Position numbers and translations under genes: made by a program
IMG/VR virus record: IMGVR_UViG_2802429245_000015
DNA: 35,147 nucleotides
Reading direction: 5' to 3' (one strand)
Source: a virus
Taxonomy: Duplodnaviria; Heunggongvirae; Uroviricota; Caudoviricetes
The notes under the pieces: model-generated
What the model was told of the DNA's origin: nothing
Database searches by the model: none
Seen by the model: the letters and a program-made list of their open reading frames with translations, nothing else
Shown here: positions 19,338 through 28,233 of the stretch, one piece after another
How the letters are laid out: each line of letters starts with the position of its first letter
Numbering within the stretch: the first letter of the stretch is position 1

Positions 19338-20102
19338 TTACTCACTGTCAAAACGGGCCTGTTTTGTCGCCAGCTGGCGCGCCAGCTCCTGCTCACGGTT
19401 TATGCCGGGATTGTAGTTCCAGCCCGGATCAATCCCTTCCGGCACATCTTCCTCTTCGCCCGTGCGTTTGTTCACCCAGCGGACAGTTCTGATTTCCGGC
19501 GCTTCGGTATGAATGGTGCCCTGTGCCGCCAGTTGCGCATACTCACCACGGCTGACCTGACGAATGGTGCATTTGCAGCCCCAGCCGTTAGGCGCAAAAT
19601 GCGTCTGCCAGAACGGGTGGTCTGTCGGCAGACACAGACGCGCCCATTTCACATGCTCCGCCCGGTGCTCACGGGATGGCCCCAGCTCATAAATCAGATA
19701 CGGCATGGCCCGCTTTGTCCGCTGAATGCGTTCCCACTGGCCCGCCGCGCGGGCGGTGCGCATGTTGGTGTCAAAAATCGTGCGGAGGCGGCGGTCGCTG
19801 CCCAGTTGCACGGTGCGGGTTTCACCCGTCAGCGGATCATCCATCTCCTGTACGCCCCACCATCCGCGTTTTATCAGCAACGGTTGCAGCATCTCCCGGA
19901 ACTCGCTGAACGTCTGCCCGCTTTGCAGGGCGTCTTCCACAAGGGCTTTCACATCCGACAACAAATCCAGTTGCAGCATTTTTGCCACGGTGAAGCTGTT
20001 CCGGTGTTCTTCCCGCCATACATCCCGGTAATCAAAACCGGGGCGCAGCTTCTTCGCCTTCAGCCACGCCAGCGCCTCTTTCGGGATGAGGGTTTCACGC
20101 AT
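19338..20102 (-). CDS. head morphogenesis protein (Mu F-like)
   Basis: ATG at 20100-20102 (MRETLIPKEALAWLK...) overlapping the portal stop; the track ORF extends 19 codons further upstream; position after the portal. Confidence 0.65.
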   Translation of the reverse strand: MRETLIPKEALAWLKAKKLRPGFDYRDVWREEHRNSFTVAKMLQLDLLSDVKALVEDALQSGQTFSEFREMLQPLLIKRGWWGVQEMDDPLTGETRTVQLGSDRRLRTIFDTNMRTARAAGQWERIQRTKRAMPYLIYELGPSREHRAEHVKWARLCLPTDHPFWQTHFAPNGWGCKCTIRQVSRGEYAQLAAQGTIHTEAPEIRTVRWVNKRTGEEEDVPEGIDPGWNYNPGINREQELARQLATKQARFDSE

Positions 20103-21666
20103 GGCCGGTGTCCCCCAGCGCACGCGCCTTAAAGCACACCTCCGCCAGTTGCAGGGCAAAGTCGTCCGCGTTCAGCGTTTCCTGAAGCTCAGGCAGGCGT
20201 TTCAGAAAGTCATCAAAACTGTCGCATTCCTGCGCCAGTGTCAGCACCGGGTTCGTGAACGCCTCGCCGGTTTTCTGCCAGTCACGCAGGGCATCATCCA
20301 CCATCTGTGCCAGTTCGTCGGGGTGTTCCCGGTTCAGGGCGACGCGCTCGCGGTTCATCGCCATATCACCCGGCATCCCGGCAGAAACCGGATGCAGAAC
20401 ATCAGCCCCGTCGTCCGGTTCAGCCAGGCCGAACCGGTCCCGCAGCTCCGATTCCTGAACCCGCATCCCCCGGTCAATCAGCGGCACCAGAGCATCTGTC
20501 AGCGCCTTCAGATCTTCCGCTTCACTGATACGCAGAACAACACGGGGGTAGTGCGCCTGTGGCCCGTAATTGGCCTCGATATAGGGACGCACCAGATATT
20601 CATTCAGCGTGTTAGCCAGCTGTCGCGCGTCCCAGCGCACAATGTCCATGCGCACCTGATTGTGCACGTCCGCCTGTGAGCGCGAACTGCCGTTATCCGT
20701 GGTCATGGTCTGCCCCAGCACGGCTTTACTGATTTGCGCATCACACCATTCCGCCATTTCACGGAACAGTGCGCCGCCGTTATTCCTGCTGGCGGTTTCC
20801 TTCATCTCCAGTTGCATGGACTGCGGAATGGCACACCCGGCATCCGAGGCAATGGAGGCAATCGCATCAATCAGCACGCGGATTTGCTCCTCCGTGGCGT
20901 TGGGACCGTATTTCCCCACCGTAACCGGAATGCCGAATTTTTCCGCAAATGCCCACCAGTCGCGCACGGTAAAGGATTTCAGCATGTACATCACCGCCAC
21001 CAGACGGGCCAGACCGTTACGCAGCGGCAGACCGGATTTCAGACGCGGCTGGTGAACAATGAATTTTCCCGGTGTCAGCGGTACGCCATCCACCGGTTCA
21101 TCGTCAGTCAGCAGGCGGAACTGGCGCAGCGTGGGTTTTTCGGCTTTCAGAAAACGGGGATCAACCCACTCATAATCACGGGGCACCCAGTGGTTGTTGC
21201 GGGTGTTCCACAAAATTTCACAGACCGCCACGCCTTTTCCCAGCCCGTCGAGCAGATCAAACATCAGCTCAGGGATTTGCGGTGCCTCCATCAGTGCACG
21301 GATGGCGTCCGCCAGTTGCACGTCAGCATCGTCATCACTGGCGGCCACCACCACCGGTTCGATACCCGCCACCGTCAGCTTGCGGGTGCGCAGTACCGAG
21401 GCGTAATGCAAATCGCGTTCTTCCATCTCTTCAGCAAGGATAAAAAAATCACGCGTGATGCCGTCAGTAGCATTGCGCAGAATGCCTGCCAGCCTGCCGG
21501 GGTTCAGCCCGGAGGCGACGCTGATACCCGGCGAGGCCGAACGCACACCGGCATGACGCGGACGGGCCTGTGCTTCGTTGAGCGCCTCTTTTTTCAGCGT
21601 GTCTTCCTCACCGGTTGCCGGGTTCAGCAGACGGCGAACGGCCCCGGCCAGTTGTTTCAGGTTCAC
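20095..21666 (-). CDS. portal protein (Mu H/gp29-like)
   Basis: 523 aa immediately downstream of the large terminase with overlapping stop/start. Confidence 0.7.
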   Translation of the reverse strand: MNLKQLAGAVRRLLNPATGEEDTLKKEALNEAQARPRHAGVRSASPGISVASGLNPGRLAGILRNATDGITRDFFILAEEMEERDLHYASVLRTRKLTVAGIEPVVVAASDDDADVQLADAIRALMEAPQIPELMFDLLDGLGKGVAVCEILWNTRNNHWVPRDYEWVDPRFLKAEKPTLRQFRLLTDDEPVDGVPLTPGKFIVHQPRLKSGLPLRNGLARLVAVMYMLKSFTVRDWWAFAEKFGIPVTVGKYGPNATEEQIRVLIDAIASIASDAGCAIPQSMQLEMKETASRNNGGALFREMAEWCDAQISKAVLGQTMTTDNGSSRSQADVHNQVRMDIVRWDARQLANTLNEYLVRPYIEANYGPQAHYPRVVLRISEAEDLKALTDALVPLIDRGMRVQESELRDRFGLAEPDDGADVLHPVSAGMPGDMAMNRERVALNREHPDELAQMVDDALRDWQKTGEAFTNPVLTLAQECDSFDDFLKRLPELQETLNADDFALQLAEVCFKARALGDTGHA

Positions 21667-23198
21667 AGTAAACCTCCCTCATTTTTCAGGCCGCGCGTTA
21701 GCTTCATCTGGCGGCGCGCGTTGCGTTCTTCCGGTTTCGCCGGGCGGTTCAGGCGGTGCAACTCGTAACGGTGGCAGTCATCCTTGCTGGCAAGGAAGCC
21801 CAGGAAAATGGCCACAGCGGCGTCGCCGTGACGTTTGTGACCGTCGCTGCCTTTGGTTCGTGAATCATCAATGCCGGGAACGCCACGCAGTAACTGAATG
21901 GCTCCGAGGTCATTGATCACGTCTTCATGCTTCGGAAGGATCAGCTCATCATCTTCAAACGCCGCACGGAAACGGGGCATGTTTTCGCGGTAAAACGCCA
22001 CGGACAGCATCACCTGTTCCACTTCATCGCCGTACCGCTCTGCCGCCTGTTCTGCCAGATACTGACCATTCCCCCGCGCATCCATTTTGATGCCGTCACG
22101 GCGGGGCAGACGATCGCAAAGCCAGAACAGCACCTGCTCCTGCTGTTTAAACGGCACATTGCCAAGCTCAACCAGGAACGGCACCTCGCGGGTGGTGTCA
22201 TCGTTCACCGTCACCGGGGCCAGTACGGTCAGGTCACCCGAACGCGCAAAGTCTTCCCCCAGACAGTGGCGCAGGTTCTTCGGGAGTTTTTCCAGTTCAG
22301 GGCGCACCACTGTTTCCAGCCATTCCCGGATATCTGCCCGGCGCTGGCTTTCCGTCAGTGCGTTAAATTCCGGTGTGCCGGTAAAGCGCAACACTTTCCC
22401 GGTGCCACGGGCCGCACGTTCACGCAGTGAGCGGGGGATATACGTGCCGCCGCCGTTTTTCGGGACGCAGTAATACTCCTCCAGCGCGTCTTCGCGGGTG
22501 GCGGTATTTCGCAGCAGGCCTTCTTTCCATTCCGCCTCGGCTTCCGGTGACCACACCATGCCGCGCACCTGACAGATACGTCGGTACAGCCCGTCATTGC
22601 AGGCGTCGTCCAGCGTGATGGTGTGAATGCTGTAATCTTTTTTGCCCGCGCGGCTTTCCTGAATAAGCTGATTAAACAGGTTGTCCACGCCGTCATGGGT
22701 GGAAATAAGGCGAATTTTGCCGCCCCATGTTTTCAGCGGCAGCACCGCCTTCAGCAGCTCGTCCAGTTTTTCATGGAACGCGGCCTCGTCGATGGTGACA
22801 TTCCCCTGCATCCCGCGAATGTTGCTCGGGTTGCTGGACAGTGCCTTGACCTTAAAACCGCTGGCGAAGTACACGACGAACGTCAGAATGTCCTTGTCTT
22901 CGTCGGTGATCACTTCCTCGCAGATTTCTTCCGCTGCCGCATTAAACGCCTTCGCCCACATCGCCACGGCGTCGATAAATTCGCGGGCCATCTCCTTATT
23001 CGAACCGATATAAAAGTGATCGCGCCCGCCGTCTTCCTTCTTCAGTGATGCCGTCAGTGCTGCATCCGCCGCTTCCGCCCAGGTTAAACCGGTACGGCGG
23101 GATTTCTCGGCAATTTTCAGGTCGGCATCATCCGCCACCCAGCGTTTCTGATACGGCAGCAGAACATCATATTCACTGAACGTATCCATTTGTGTCAT
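21663..23198 (-). CDS. terminase large subunit (Mu gp28-like)
   Basis: 511 aa; N-terminus MTQMDTFSEYDVLLPYQKRWVADDADLKIAEKSRRTGLTWAEA... resembles Mu-type terminases; precedes the portal. Confidence 0.75.
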   Translation of the reverse strand: MTQMDTFSEYDVLLPYQKRWVADDADLKIAEKSRRTGLTWAEAADAALTASLKKEDGGRDHFYIGSNKEMAREFIDAVAMWAKAFNAAAEEICEEVITDEDKDILTFVVYFASGFKVKALSSNPSNIRGMQGNVTIDEAAFHEKLDELLKAVLPLKTWGGKIRLISTHDGVDNLFNQLIQESRAGKKDYSIHTITLDDACNDGLYRRICQVRGMVWSPEAEAEWKEGLLRNTATREDALEEYYCVPKNGGGTYIPRSLRERAARGTGKVLRFTGTPEFNALTESQRRADIREWLETVVRPELEKLPKNLRHCLGEDFARSGDLTVLAPVTVNDDTTREVPFLVELGNVPFKQQEQVLFWLCDRLPRRDGIKMDARGNGQYLAEQAAERYGDEVEQVMLSVAFYRENMPRFRAAFEDDELILPKHEDVINDLGAIQLLRGVPGIDDSRTKGSDGHKRHGDAAVAIFLGFLASKDDCHRYELHRLNRPAKPEERNARRQMKLTRGLKNEGGLL

Positions 23199-23776
23199 AC
23201 GCTAATCCCCAGAATGTCTCGTTTGATGGTGTCAGCCGCACCACCTGACAGACCGCCCGTTCTGACCAGTTCTTCGGTTTTCTCTGCCATCTCCTGCGCA
23301 AACGCATCACGGATCGCTTTCTCGCGTTTATGGCTGGTCATGGCTGCCGCTTCCAGACGCTGGGCAACCAGCGCCAGTTGCCCCAGCGCCTTCGGTGCAA
23401 CAGGCTTGTCGTCTTCTGCCATCGACATGGACGTTTCAAAAGCCAGCGTTTTTACAAACTCCATCAGCAGTTTGCCGACGTCTGACGTCGGCGCGGAACC
23501 CAGCTTTGCCGCCCAGACTTCGGCCATTTCGCGGGAGGCACGGATTTTTGCCCCGACTTTTTCCATGCGGATGGCATAGCGGTTTAAGCCCGTCCGGCTT
23601 AACTGCATCTCTTCCGGCAGGTTGTGTTCGTCAATCAGGGCGTTGATGGCTTCGCGGATTTCCTCCTGCGTGTGCCGCTTTTCCCGCAGCATCTGATGCA
23701 ACTGCTCCCGGATGCTGTCCGGGAGTAAATCCACTTTGGAAAGACGGCCACGGGTGGGGCGTTGTTCATTTTCCAT
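23195..23776 (-). CDS. putative terminase small subunit / Mu gp27-like
   Basis: ATG at 23774-23776 with AGGAGG 6 nt upstream (track ORF starts earlier); charged helical protein directly upstream of the large terminase. Confidence 0.5.
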   Translation of the reverse strand: MENEQRPTRGRLSKVDLLPDSIREQLHQMLREKRHTQEEIREAINALIDEHNLPEEMQLSRTGLNRYAIRMEKVGAKIRASREMAEVWAAKLGSAPTSDVGKLLMEFVKTLAFETSMSMAEDDKPVAPKALGQLALVAQRLEAAAMTSHKREKAIRDAFAQEMAEKTEELVRTGGLSGGAADTIKRDILGISV

Positions 23777-23913
23777 GTGTGCCCTCCTGTTGCTCACTAC
23801 GCTGTAAACTTTCGTATGCAGATTTCAGTGCGCCGTTCTGGATTTCCCGCCATGTCAGGTTATGCGCCAGACGGCGGAGTTCATCACGGGACGCTTTACT
23901 TATCGGATTCTTT

Positions 23914-24213
23914 TTACGGTTCACGACGGCCCCCGTCTTCAGTTCCCGGTGTTTTCAGACCGGCGTATATTTCTTCGCGAACGGAGCGGATATCCTTACC
24001 CAGCAGCTTCCACAGCCGCGCACATGCCGGTGATGAACGCAGGGCACGTTTCATGGGGGTATCCGGTGCATCCGGGTTCCAGGGCTTTCCGGTCTGTTGT
24101 TCATATGCACGGGCGATGGCGTTTTTCTCAATATCCGCGAGCACAAGACAGTACGCCAGCTGCCGCACGACGGCCCGTTCTCCGCGACTTAACGGCTTCA
24201 GTTTTCGGGCCAT
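23914..24213 (-). CDS. hypothetical protein
   Basis: 99-aa ORF in the lysis/packaging block. Confidence 0.4.
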   Translation of the reverse strand: MARKLKPLSRGERAVVRQLAYCLVLADIEKNAIARAYEQQTGKPWNPDAPDTPMKRALRSSPACARLWKLLGKDIRSVREEIYAGLKTPGTEDGGRREP

Positions 24214-24215
24214 GC

Positions 24216-24509
24216 TCAGTCCCTCGCACGGGGTTTTTTAACGCCCGGAACGCTGGACAGGCCGTTTGCCACATCCTCACCGCTGCCGGTGATTTCAGCC
24301 ACGTAACAGCCGCCCACATCAGACAGACGAACCAGCCCCTGCTCGCGCAGCCATGCAAGCTGGGTGCGCACCACATCACGGGATACCTTATGACCGTAGG
24401 CCTGAAGGCAGGTCTGCAACACGGATTCATTCGCGCTGTCGCCACAATCCAGCAGGGAACGCAGCAACACCAGACGACGGTCTTCAGTGAGGATCTCTTT
24501 CATCGCCAT
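24216..24509 (-). CDS. hypothetical protein, possible winged-helix DNA-binding fold
   Basis: 97 aa; segment VSRDVVRTQLAWLREQGLVRL looks like a recognition helix plus wing. Confidence 0.4.
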   Translation of the reverse strand: MAMKEILTEDRRLVLLRSLLDCGDSANESVLQTCLQAYGHKVSRDVVRTQLAWLREQGLVRLSDVGGCYVAEITGSGEDVANGLSSVPGVKKPRARD

Positions 24510-24814
24510 TAATTTTTTTCCTTTAACTCGTTCTCTAATAACAAATCGCTGATGCGGGATACCTGGCGGATGGATGGCCCCAGCTCTTTGATTTCTCCCC
24601 GCAGGTTGCTGATATCCAGTTGCAGGCGGTGGAACTCATCACGATCAGGTAGCTGATGTACCTGGCTTTCCATCACCGACACGCGGGAACGCAGCAAATC
24701 AAACTCTTCGCGTTTGACGTAGGTCTTTGCCAGAATCAACTGAAGCAGGTTTATTCCTGTCATCAGCAATGCCCACAGAATGGGCCAGTTGGCTCTGATC
24801 ATTTCCCAGGACAC
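24509..24814 (-). CDS. membrane-anchored coiled-coil protein (possible spanin-type or Mu gp25-like)
   Basis: 101 aa; N-terminal hydrophobic segment WPILWALLMTGINLLQLIL followed by a charged helical region. Confidence 0.4.
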   Translation of the reverse strand: MSWEMIRANWPILWALLMTGINLLQLILAKTYVKREEFDLLRSRVSVMESQVHQLPDRDEFHRLQLDISNLRGEIKELGPSIRQVSRISDLLLENELKEKN

Positions 24815-25026
24815 GTTTTCCTCCTGCGTTCCCGCATCTGCTGACAGTCAATACAGGTCACCACATCCGGCAGCGCCGCAAGGCGCTGTGCCGGAATAAC
24901 GTTCCCGCAGTCATTGCAGAAGCCCCGGCTGTGGGGCGTTTCTTTTGTCCGTGTCTGCCAGGCTTTAACGACGCTCTGACGCTCGTTCAGAACCACTTCA
25001 CTGATGCGATCGATTTCGTCGGTCAT
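24799..25026 (-). CDS. TraR/DksA-family C4 zinc-finger protein
   Basis: 75 aa with CNDCGNVIPAQRLAALPDVVTCIDCQ (CxxC-x17-CxxC) near the C-terminus; ATG overlaps the upstream stop. Confidence 0.55.
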   Translation of the reverse strand: MTDEIDRISEVVLNERQSVVKAWQTRTKETPHSRGFCNDCGNVIPAQRLAALPDVVTCIDCQQMRERRRKTCPGK

Positions 25027-25631
25027 TTCGGCCCCGCAGACATTTTGTGACGGCTTGATTTGCTGTAACGGGCAAAGCCGTCAAGGGTTCTTACACCGAG
25101 ATAGCCCAGCGCCGGGGTAAGCAACATCAGCGTGATATCCCAGTCCGGTGATGGCATATGCAGCGTGATACCTCTGGCACCGGCAATGGCTCCGGCAATC
25201 TGGCCGCAGGAGAGCAACAGCACATAGGCCAGACTGCTGTAACAGGAAAGGCGGGCCAGCAGCGGGCGTGTCTGGCGCACATAGCTGTCCGTGGCGTTGT
25301 CACCATTGCGGATGGTTTCCTGCTGTTCGTGGTGTGCGGCCTGCTGGTCAGCCAGCACCAGCTTCTGCCGTTCCACCTCCAGCTGTTGCAGCTGAATTTT
25401 CAGGGTTTCCAGTTGCACCAGTTGCTCCGGTGACAGCATCACCAGTTTTTGTTCCAGAATGCGTTGCTGTTCAGCAACGGGAAGGCTTTCCCGGACGCTT
25501 TCCACCATACCGGCCACCGAGTCAGCGGCGGCAGATGTACTGCCACCAAACCAGCGCCCGACGGAACGAATCAGCCCCGGCCCGGCTTTCAGCAGAACAG
25601 AGGCGATGCCTGAAAGGGTTAACGGATCCAT
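25023..25631 (-). CDS. membrane protein, possible holin-type lysis protein
   Basis: 202 aa; coiled-coil middle and hydrophobic C-terminal segments (LARLSCYSSLAYVLLLSCGQIAGAIAGA, ITLMLLTPALGYLGV). Confidence 0.4.
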   Translation of the reverse strand: MDPLTLSGIASVLLKAGPGLIRSVGRWFGGSTSAAADSVAGMVESVRESLPVAEQQRILEQKLVMLSPEQLVQLETLKIQLQQLEVERQKLVLADQQAAHHEQQETIRNGDNATDSYVRQTRPLLARLSCYSSLAYVLLLSCGQIAGAIAGARGITLHMPSPDWDITLMLLTPALGYLGVRTLDGFARYSKSSRHKMSAGPK

Positions 25632-26200
25632 GAATCCCCCTTATGAAAACGGCGCTGATGTTTATAAAGTGCCGCGCAAAAAATACCGCCCAGCCAGAAC
25701 GCCAGCTGATAAGGCTCCTTCAGATAAAGAATGCCGAATGTCAGCATGAAAAAACCAACGGCCCAGACCACCCATGACCACACGACAATTCGAAGGGAGG
25801 CGGCCCGGAAACGCCTTTTGGGCTGCAGGCGATAAGGTACGTTGCCCAGCTGGAAACTGTGAATCAGGCAGAGTGTCGCGCCGTATGCCAGCACCATGAC
25901 CGCAAACGCCCGCCATCCGGCAAAACAGCTCGCCAGAAAAAGTACTGCCGACAGTCCCAGAAACGACCACTGGCACAACATAAAGCGGGAGTAAATAACG
26001 CGAACAAAAAGACTATTCATTCTGTGCATTGAGTTTTTCCTTGTACTTCTGGCACTGCCAGAAAATGTCCCGTGTATCCACGGAGTTCCAGCCACGCATG
26101 TAGTAGCTGGCGTGTGTGCCATCATGGCCGGTATAGTCCAGCGGTTTCGGGGGCGGACCTCCGGCCATGCGGTGCAGAACCTCCTGGCGCAGGCGGTCAC
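25619..26200 (-). CDS. multi-pass membrane protein; real start probably the internal Met near 26029
   Basis: Several hydrophobic helices (FLGLSAVLFLASCFAGW, AFAVMVLAYGATLCLI, IVVWSWVVWAVGFFMLTFGILYL); the long N-terminal extension overlaps the neighbouring ORF. Confidence 0.4.
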   Translation of the reverse strand: MTACARRFCTAWPEVRPRNRWTIPAMMAHTPATTCVAGTPWIHGTFSGSARSTRKNSMHRMNSLFVRVIYSRFMLCQWSFLGLSAVLFLASCFAGWRAFAVMVLAYGATLCLIHSFQLGNVPYRLQPKRRFRAASLRIVVWSWVVWAVGFFMLTFGILYLKEPYQLAFWLGGIFCAALYKHQRRFHKGDSWIR

Positions 26201-26240
26201 GCCGCCCGGCTTTCAGTGAGGCATCCCAGCCTTTGCCCAT
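26013..26240 (-). CDS. hypothetical small protein
   Basis: 75-aa ORF starting just after the endolysin stop. Confidence 0.35.
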   Translation of the reverse strand: MGKGWDASLKAGRRDRLRQEVLHRMAGGPPPKPLDYTGHDGTHASYYMRGWNSVDTRDIFWQCQKYKEKLNAQNE

Positions 26241-26241
26241 A

Positions 26242-26838
26242 TCACCCCCGCGTGGCGGACATGATGCCTAAAGGGGTATCGATGATTTCCAGACAGGCGT
26301 CGGTCAGCTTTTCCATGCGGTTAAACCAGCCGTTCAGGTATTTTCCCTGGGCGGGGTTTGATTTGATGATGTCGGCATAAAAGCGGGAACGACGGACAAT
26401 GCAACGGGCCAGCAGCCAGTCCGGGGTGGACAGACTCACGGCCTTACGGGTACGCGGACCAATGATGCCGTCAGCATCCACATCAGCGGCTTCCTGCAAA
26501 ATCCTGATGGCTTTTTTAACGCCATGCTGAACCGCCGCATCGAACACAAACATCGCCACGCCATCAGGCCACTGGTCACATCCGGCAGGCAGCCAGTAAT
26601 CGCGCCAGTAAATCTGCGCAACCTGTTCGCGGGTTAAATCCTTAATGCGGGTATCCGGTTTGCCGTCGCCGTTGACATCGGTTTTGCCGTCAATCACACC
26701 GTCGCGGCGGTCAGAAATGCCGTATTTGGTTTCGCCGCCACGGTCAGTGGGGTCATTGACATAAACGCCTTCGATATCAGGACGCAGAATAAAATTCAGC
26801 GCATGCTCAAAGGCCGGGGAGAATTTTTGATTTTCCAT
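26242..26838 (-). CDS. endolysin, glycoside hydrolase family 108 with C-terminal peptidoglycan-binding region
   Basis: 198 aa; motif EGVYVNDPTDRGGETKYGI is the GH108 N-terminal signature; ATG at 26836-26838. Confidence 0.8.
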   Translation of the reverse strand: MENQKFSPAFEHALNFILRPDIEGVYVNDPTDRGGETKYGISDRRDGVIDGKTDVNGDGKPDTRIKDLTREQVAQIYWRDYWLPAGCDQWPDGVAMFVFDAAVQHGVKKAIRILQEAADVDADGIIGPRTRKAVSLSTPDWLLARCIVRRSRFYADIIKSNPAQGKYLNGWFNRMEKLTDACLEIIDTPLGIMSATRG

Positions 26839-26849
26839 AAAAGCACCTG

Positions 26850-26878
26850 TGAAGCAGATTTAAACGTGGTCTGCTTCA
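26850..26878 (-). promoter_or_regulatory. dyad/hairpin in the endolysin leader
   Basis: tgaagcaga (26850-26858) / tctgcttca (26870-26878) with an 11-nt loop, ending 9 nt upstream of the endolysin Shine-Dalgarno/ATG. Confidence 0.4.
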
Positions 26879-26893
26879 TGGTGCCGGAGGCAT

Positions 26894-26919
26894 AAAAAAA
26901 GCCGGATTTACCGGCTTCA
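26894..26919 (-). terminator. hairpin plus A/T-run element, copy 2 (intrinsic terminator after mor, comparable to Mu t9.2)
   Basis: Identical 26-mer to 19173-19198, starting 5 bp after the mor stop. Confidence 0.55.
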
Positions 26920-26923
26920 TTGA

Positions 26924-27373
26924 TTAAGGGCGTCGTGGCGGACGACGAACGGGGTGAGGCAGGTTCGGGGAGTGGTAAAACAAATCCGGCTGGTATTTAT
27001 TACGCTCCAGACGTCGCATCCGTTTGATGGCCTTGTAGACGGTTTTATACGTCACCCCATAACGCTGAACCAGTTCAGGAATATTATGGCCGTTAAAATC
27101 ACGCCAGATACGCATATCCCGGACAAGATTCTCCAGAATATTCCCCCTAGGAACATAAACCTGCATCCCGCCGATATGGCGACAAATCGCCACAACCAGC
27201 TCAATGGAATGAGCAGGGTCTGCGCCAATCCGGGCCAGCTCTTTACGCAGCAGTGCGTTCAGTTCAGAAAGTAACGCCGGATAAGCGGTGTTTTCCTGGT
27301 AATCGTTAAGGTATTCCAGAACGCTGTCGTCCCGGAAGTCTTCGAATAAATCCTGCTCTTTCATCTGTTTCAT
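26924..27373 (-). CDS. mor: Mor middle-operon transcription activator
   Basis: 149 aa; ...FEDFRDDSVLEYL...YPALLSELNALLRKELARIGADPAHSIELVVAICRHIGGMQVYVPRG...RDMRIWRDFNGHNIPELVQRYGVTYKTVYKAIKRMRRL matches remembered Mu Mor, including the C-terminal helix-turn-helix. Confidence 0.8.
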   Translation of the reverse strand: MKQMKEQDLFEDFRDDSVLEYLNDYQENTAYPALLSELNALLRKELARIGADPAHSIELVVAICRHIGGMQVYVPRGNILENLVRDMRIWRDFNGHNIPELVQRYGVTYKTVYKAIKRMRRLERNKYQPDLFYHSPNLPHPVRRPPRRP

Positions 27374-27921
27374 ACAGCAATTCTCCCGCTGTTTCGTGCG
27401 CGGGCATATGCACTGGTCAGTGCATCATAGCCGCGCAGTTCCCGCCCGGATGGGCTTACAGGTAAAGGCACACCATGTCGGGCAAAGGCTTCCCGGATGC
27501 AGCGCATATGCCACTGTTTGAGCGTTTCGAGCACAACATGCAACGATTCCCCGTGACACCAGGCCAGCGTGGAAACACCCTGACCACCATTACGTCTGGC
27601 CGTCAGGCGTTCAACGTATTTGTCCAGCGCGGCGTCGCTGATATCGGAGACGAAACCATCAAGAAACATCTGCTGCCAGATTTTATAAATCTTCTCGCGC
27701 GGTGTGACATGCCCCTTAAAGCGACGGCGGGGATGTTTTTTCTGCTTCTTAAAACCGCGCTCTTTCATGGCATCGAGCACCTGTTCCAGTTGTGCGACAG
27801 TCAGTTCGCGGCAACTGGTCTTGCCTGTGCACTGCACCAGAAAGGCGCGGTAAGTGTCATCGTCGAGTTGTAGATCACGACGGGCAACATGGATTAATTT
27901 AATCAGGGATGTGCGACTCAT
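27370..27921 (-). CDS. gemA: GemA-like protein (Mu gp16 family)
   Basis: 183 aa immediately upstream of mor with overlapping stop/start; N-terminus MSRTSLIKLIHVARRDLQLDDDTYRAFL fits the gp16 family pattern; GGAGG RBS. Confidence 0.55.
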   Translation of the reverse strand: MSRTSLIKLIHVARRDLQLDDDTYRAFLVQCTGKTSCRELTVAQLEQVLDAMKERGFKKQKKHPRRRFKGHVTPREKIYKIWQQMFLDGFVSDISDAALDKYVERLTARRNGGQGVSTLAWCHGESLHVVLETLKQWHMRCIREAFARHGVPLPVSPSGRELRGYDALTSAYARARNSGRIAV

Positions 27922-27993
27922 AATCGTACCTCCGAAAAGGGGCGGTGCTGCAACACCGCCCGTACTATTGATAACACTGAAAATGGAGACGAC

Positions 27994-28233
27994 ATGTCTG
28001 TAGAAAACAATGCGTCAATCACTTTTAATCTGGTTTCGGGTCTGATGTTGAAACTTGTCCAGAACAAGACTCTGACAAAGGGGGAAGCTCAATCCATACT
28101 GGCCTCAGCAATTCTTGAAAACATTCAGAACCGGGAGGGCGTTACGGATCTTGATCTTCATGCGCTTCGTCTGAAACTTGCTATGTCTGATTTCAGCGTT
28201 GAAAAAGAGCCTCCACAAGACGCTCAGGCGTAA
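27994..28233 (+). CDS. hypothetical 79-aa protein on the opposite strand to the early operon
   Basis: ATG at 27994 with GGAG 5 nt upstream; fills a 270-bp gap with no minus-strand ORF longer than 18 codons; AT-richer than flanks; 3' end overlaps the convergent 93-aa gene by 41 bp. Confidence 0.4.
   Translation: MSVENNASITFNLVSGLMLKLVQNKTLTKGEAQSILASAILENIQNREGVTDLDLHALRLKLAMSDFSVEKEPPQDAQA

Noticed and set aside
23777-23925. Possible 50-codon ORF (VNRKKNPISKASRDELRRLAHNLTWREIQNGALKSAYESLQRSEQQEGTHGK) filling the gap before the gp27-like gene
   Set aside because: Needs a GTG start buried in the last codons of the upstream gene and has no RBS; the gap may instead hold the RBS/leader of the gp27-like gene. 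Left unannotated pending translation evidence.
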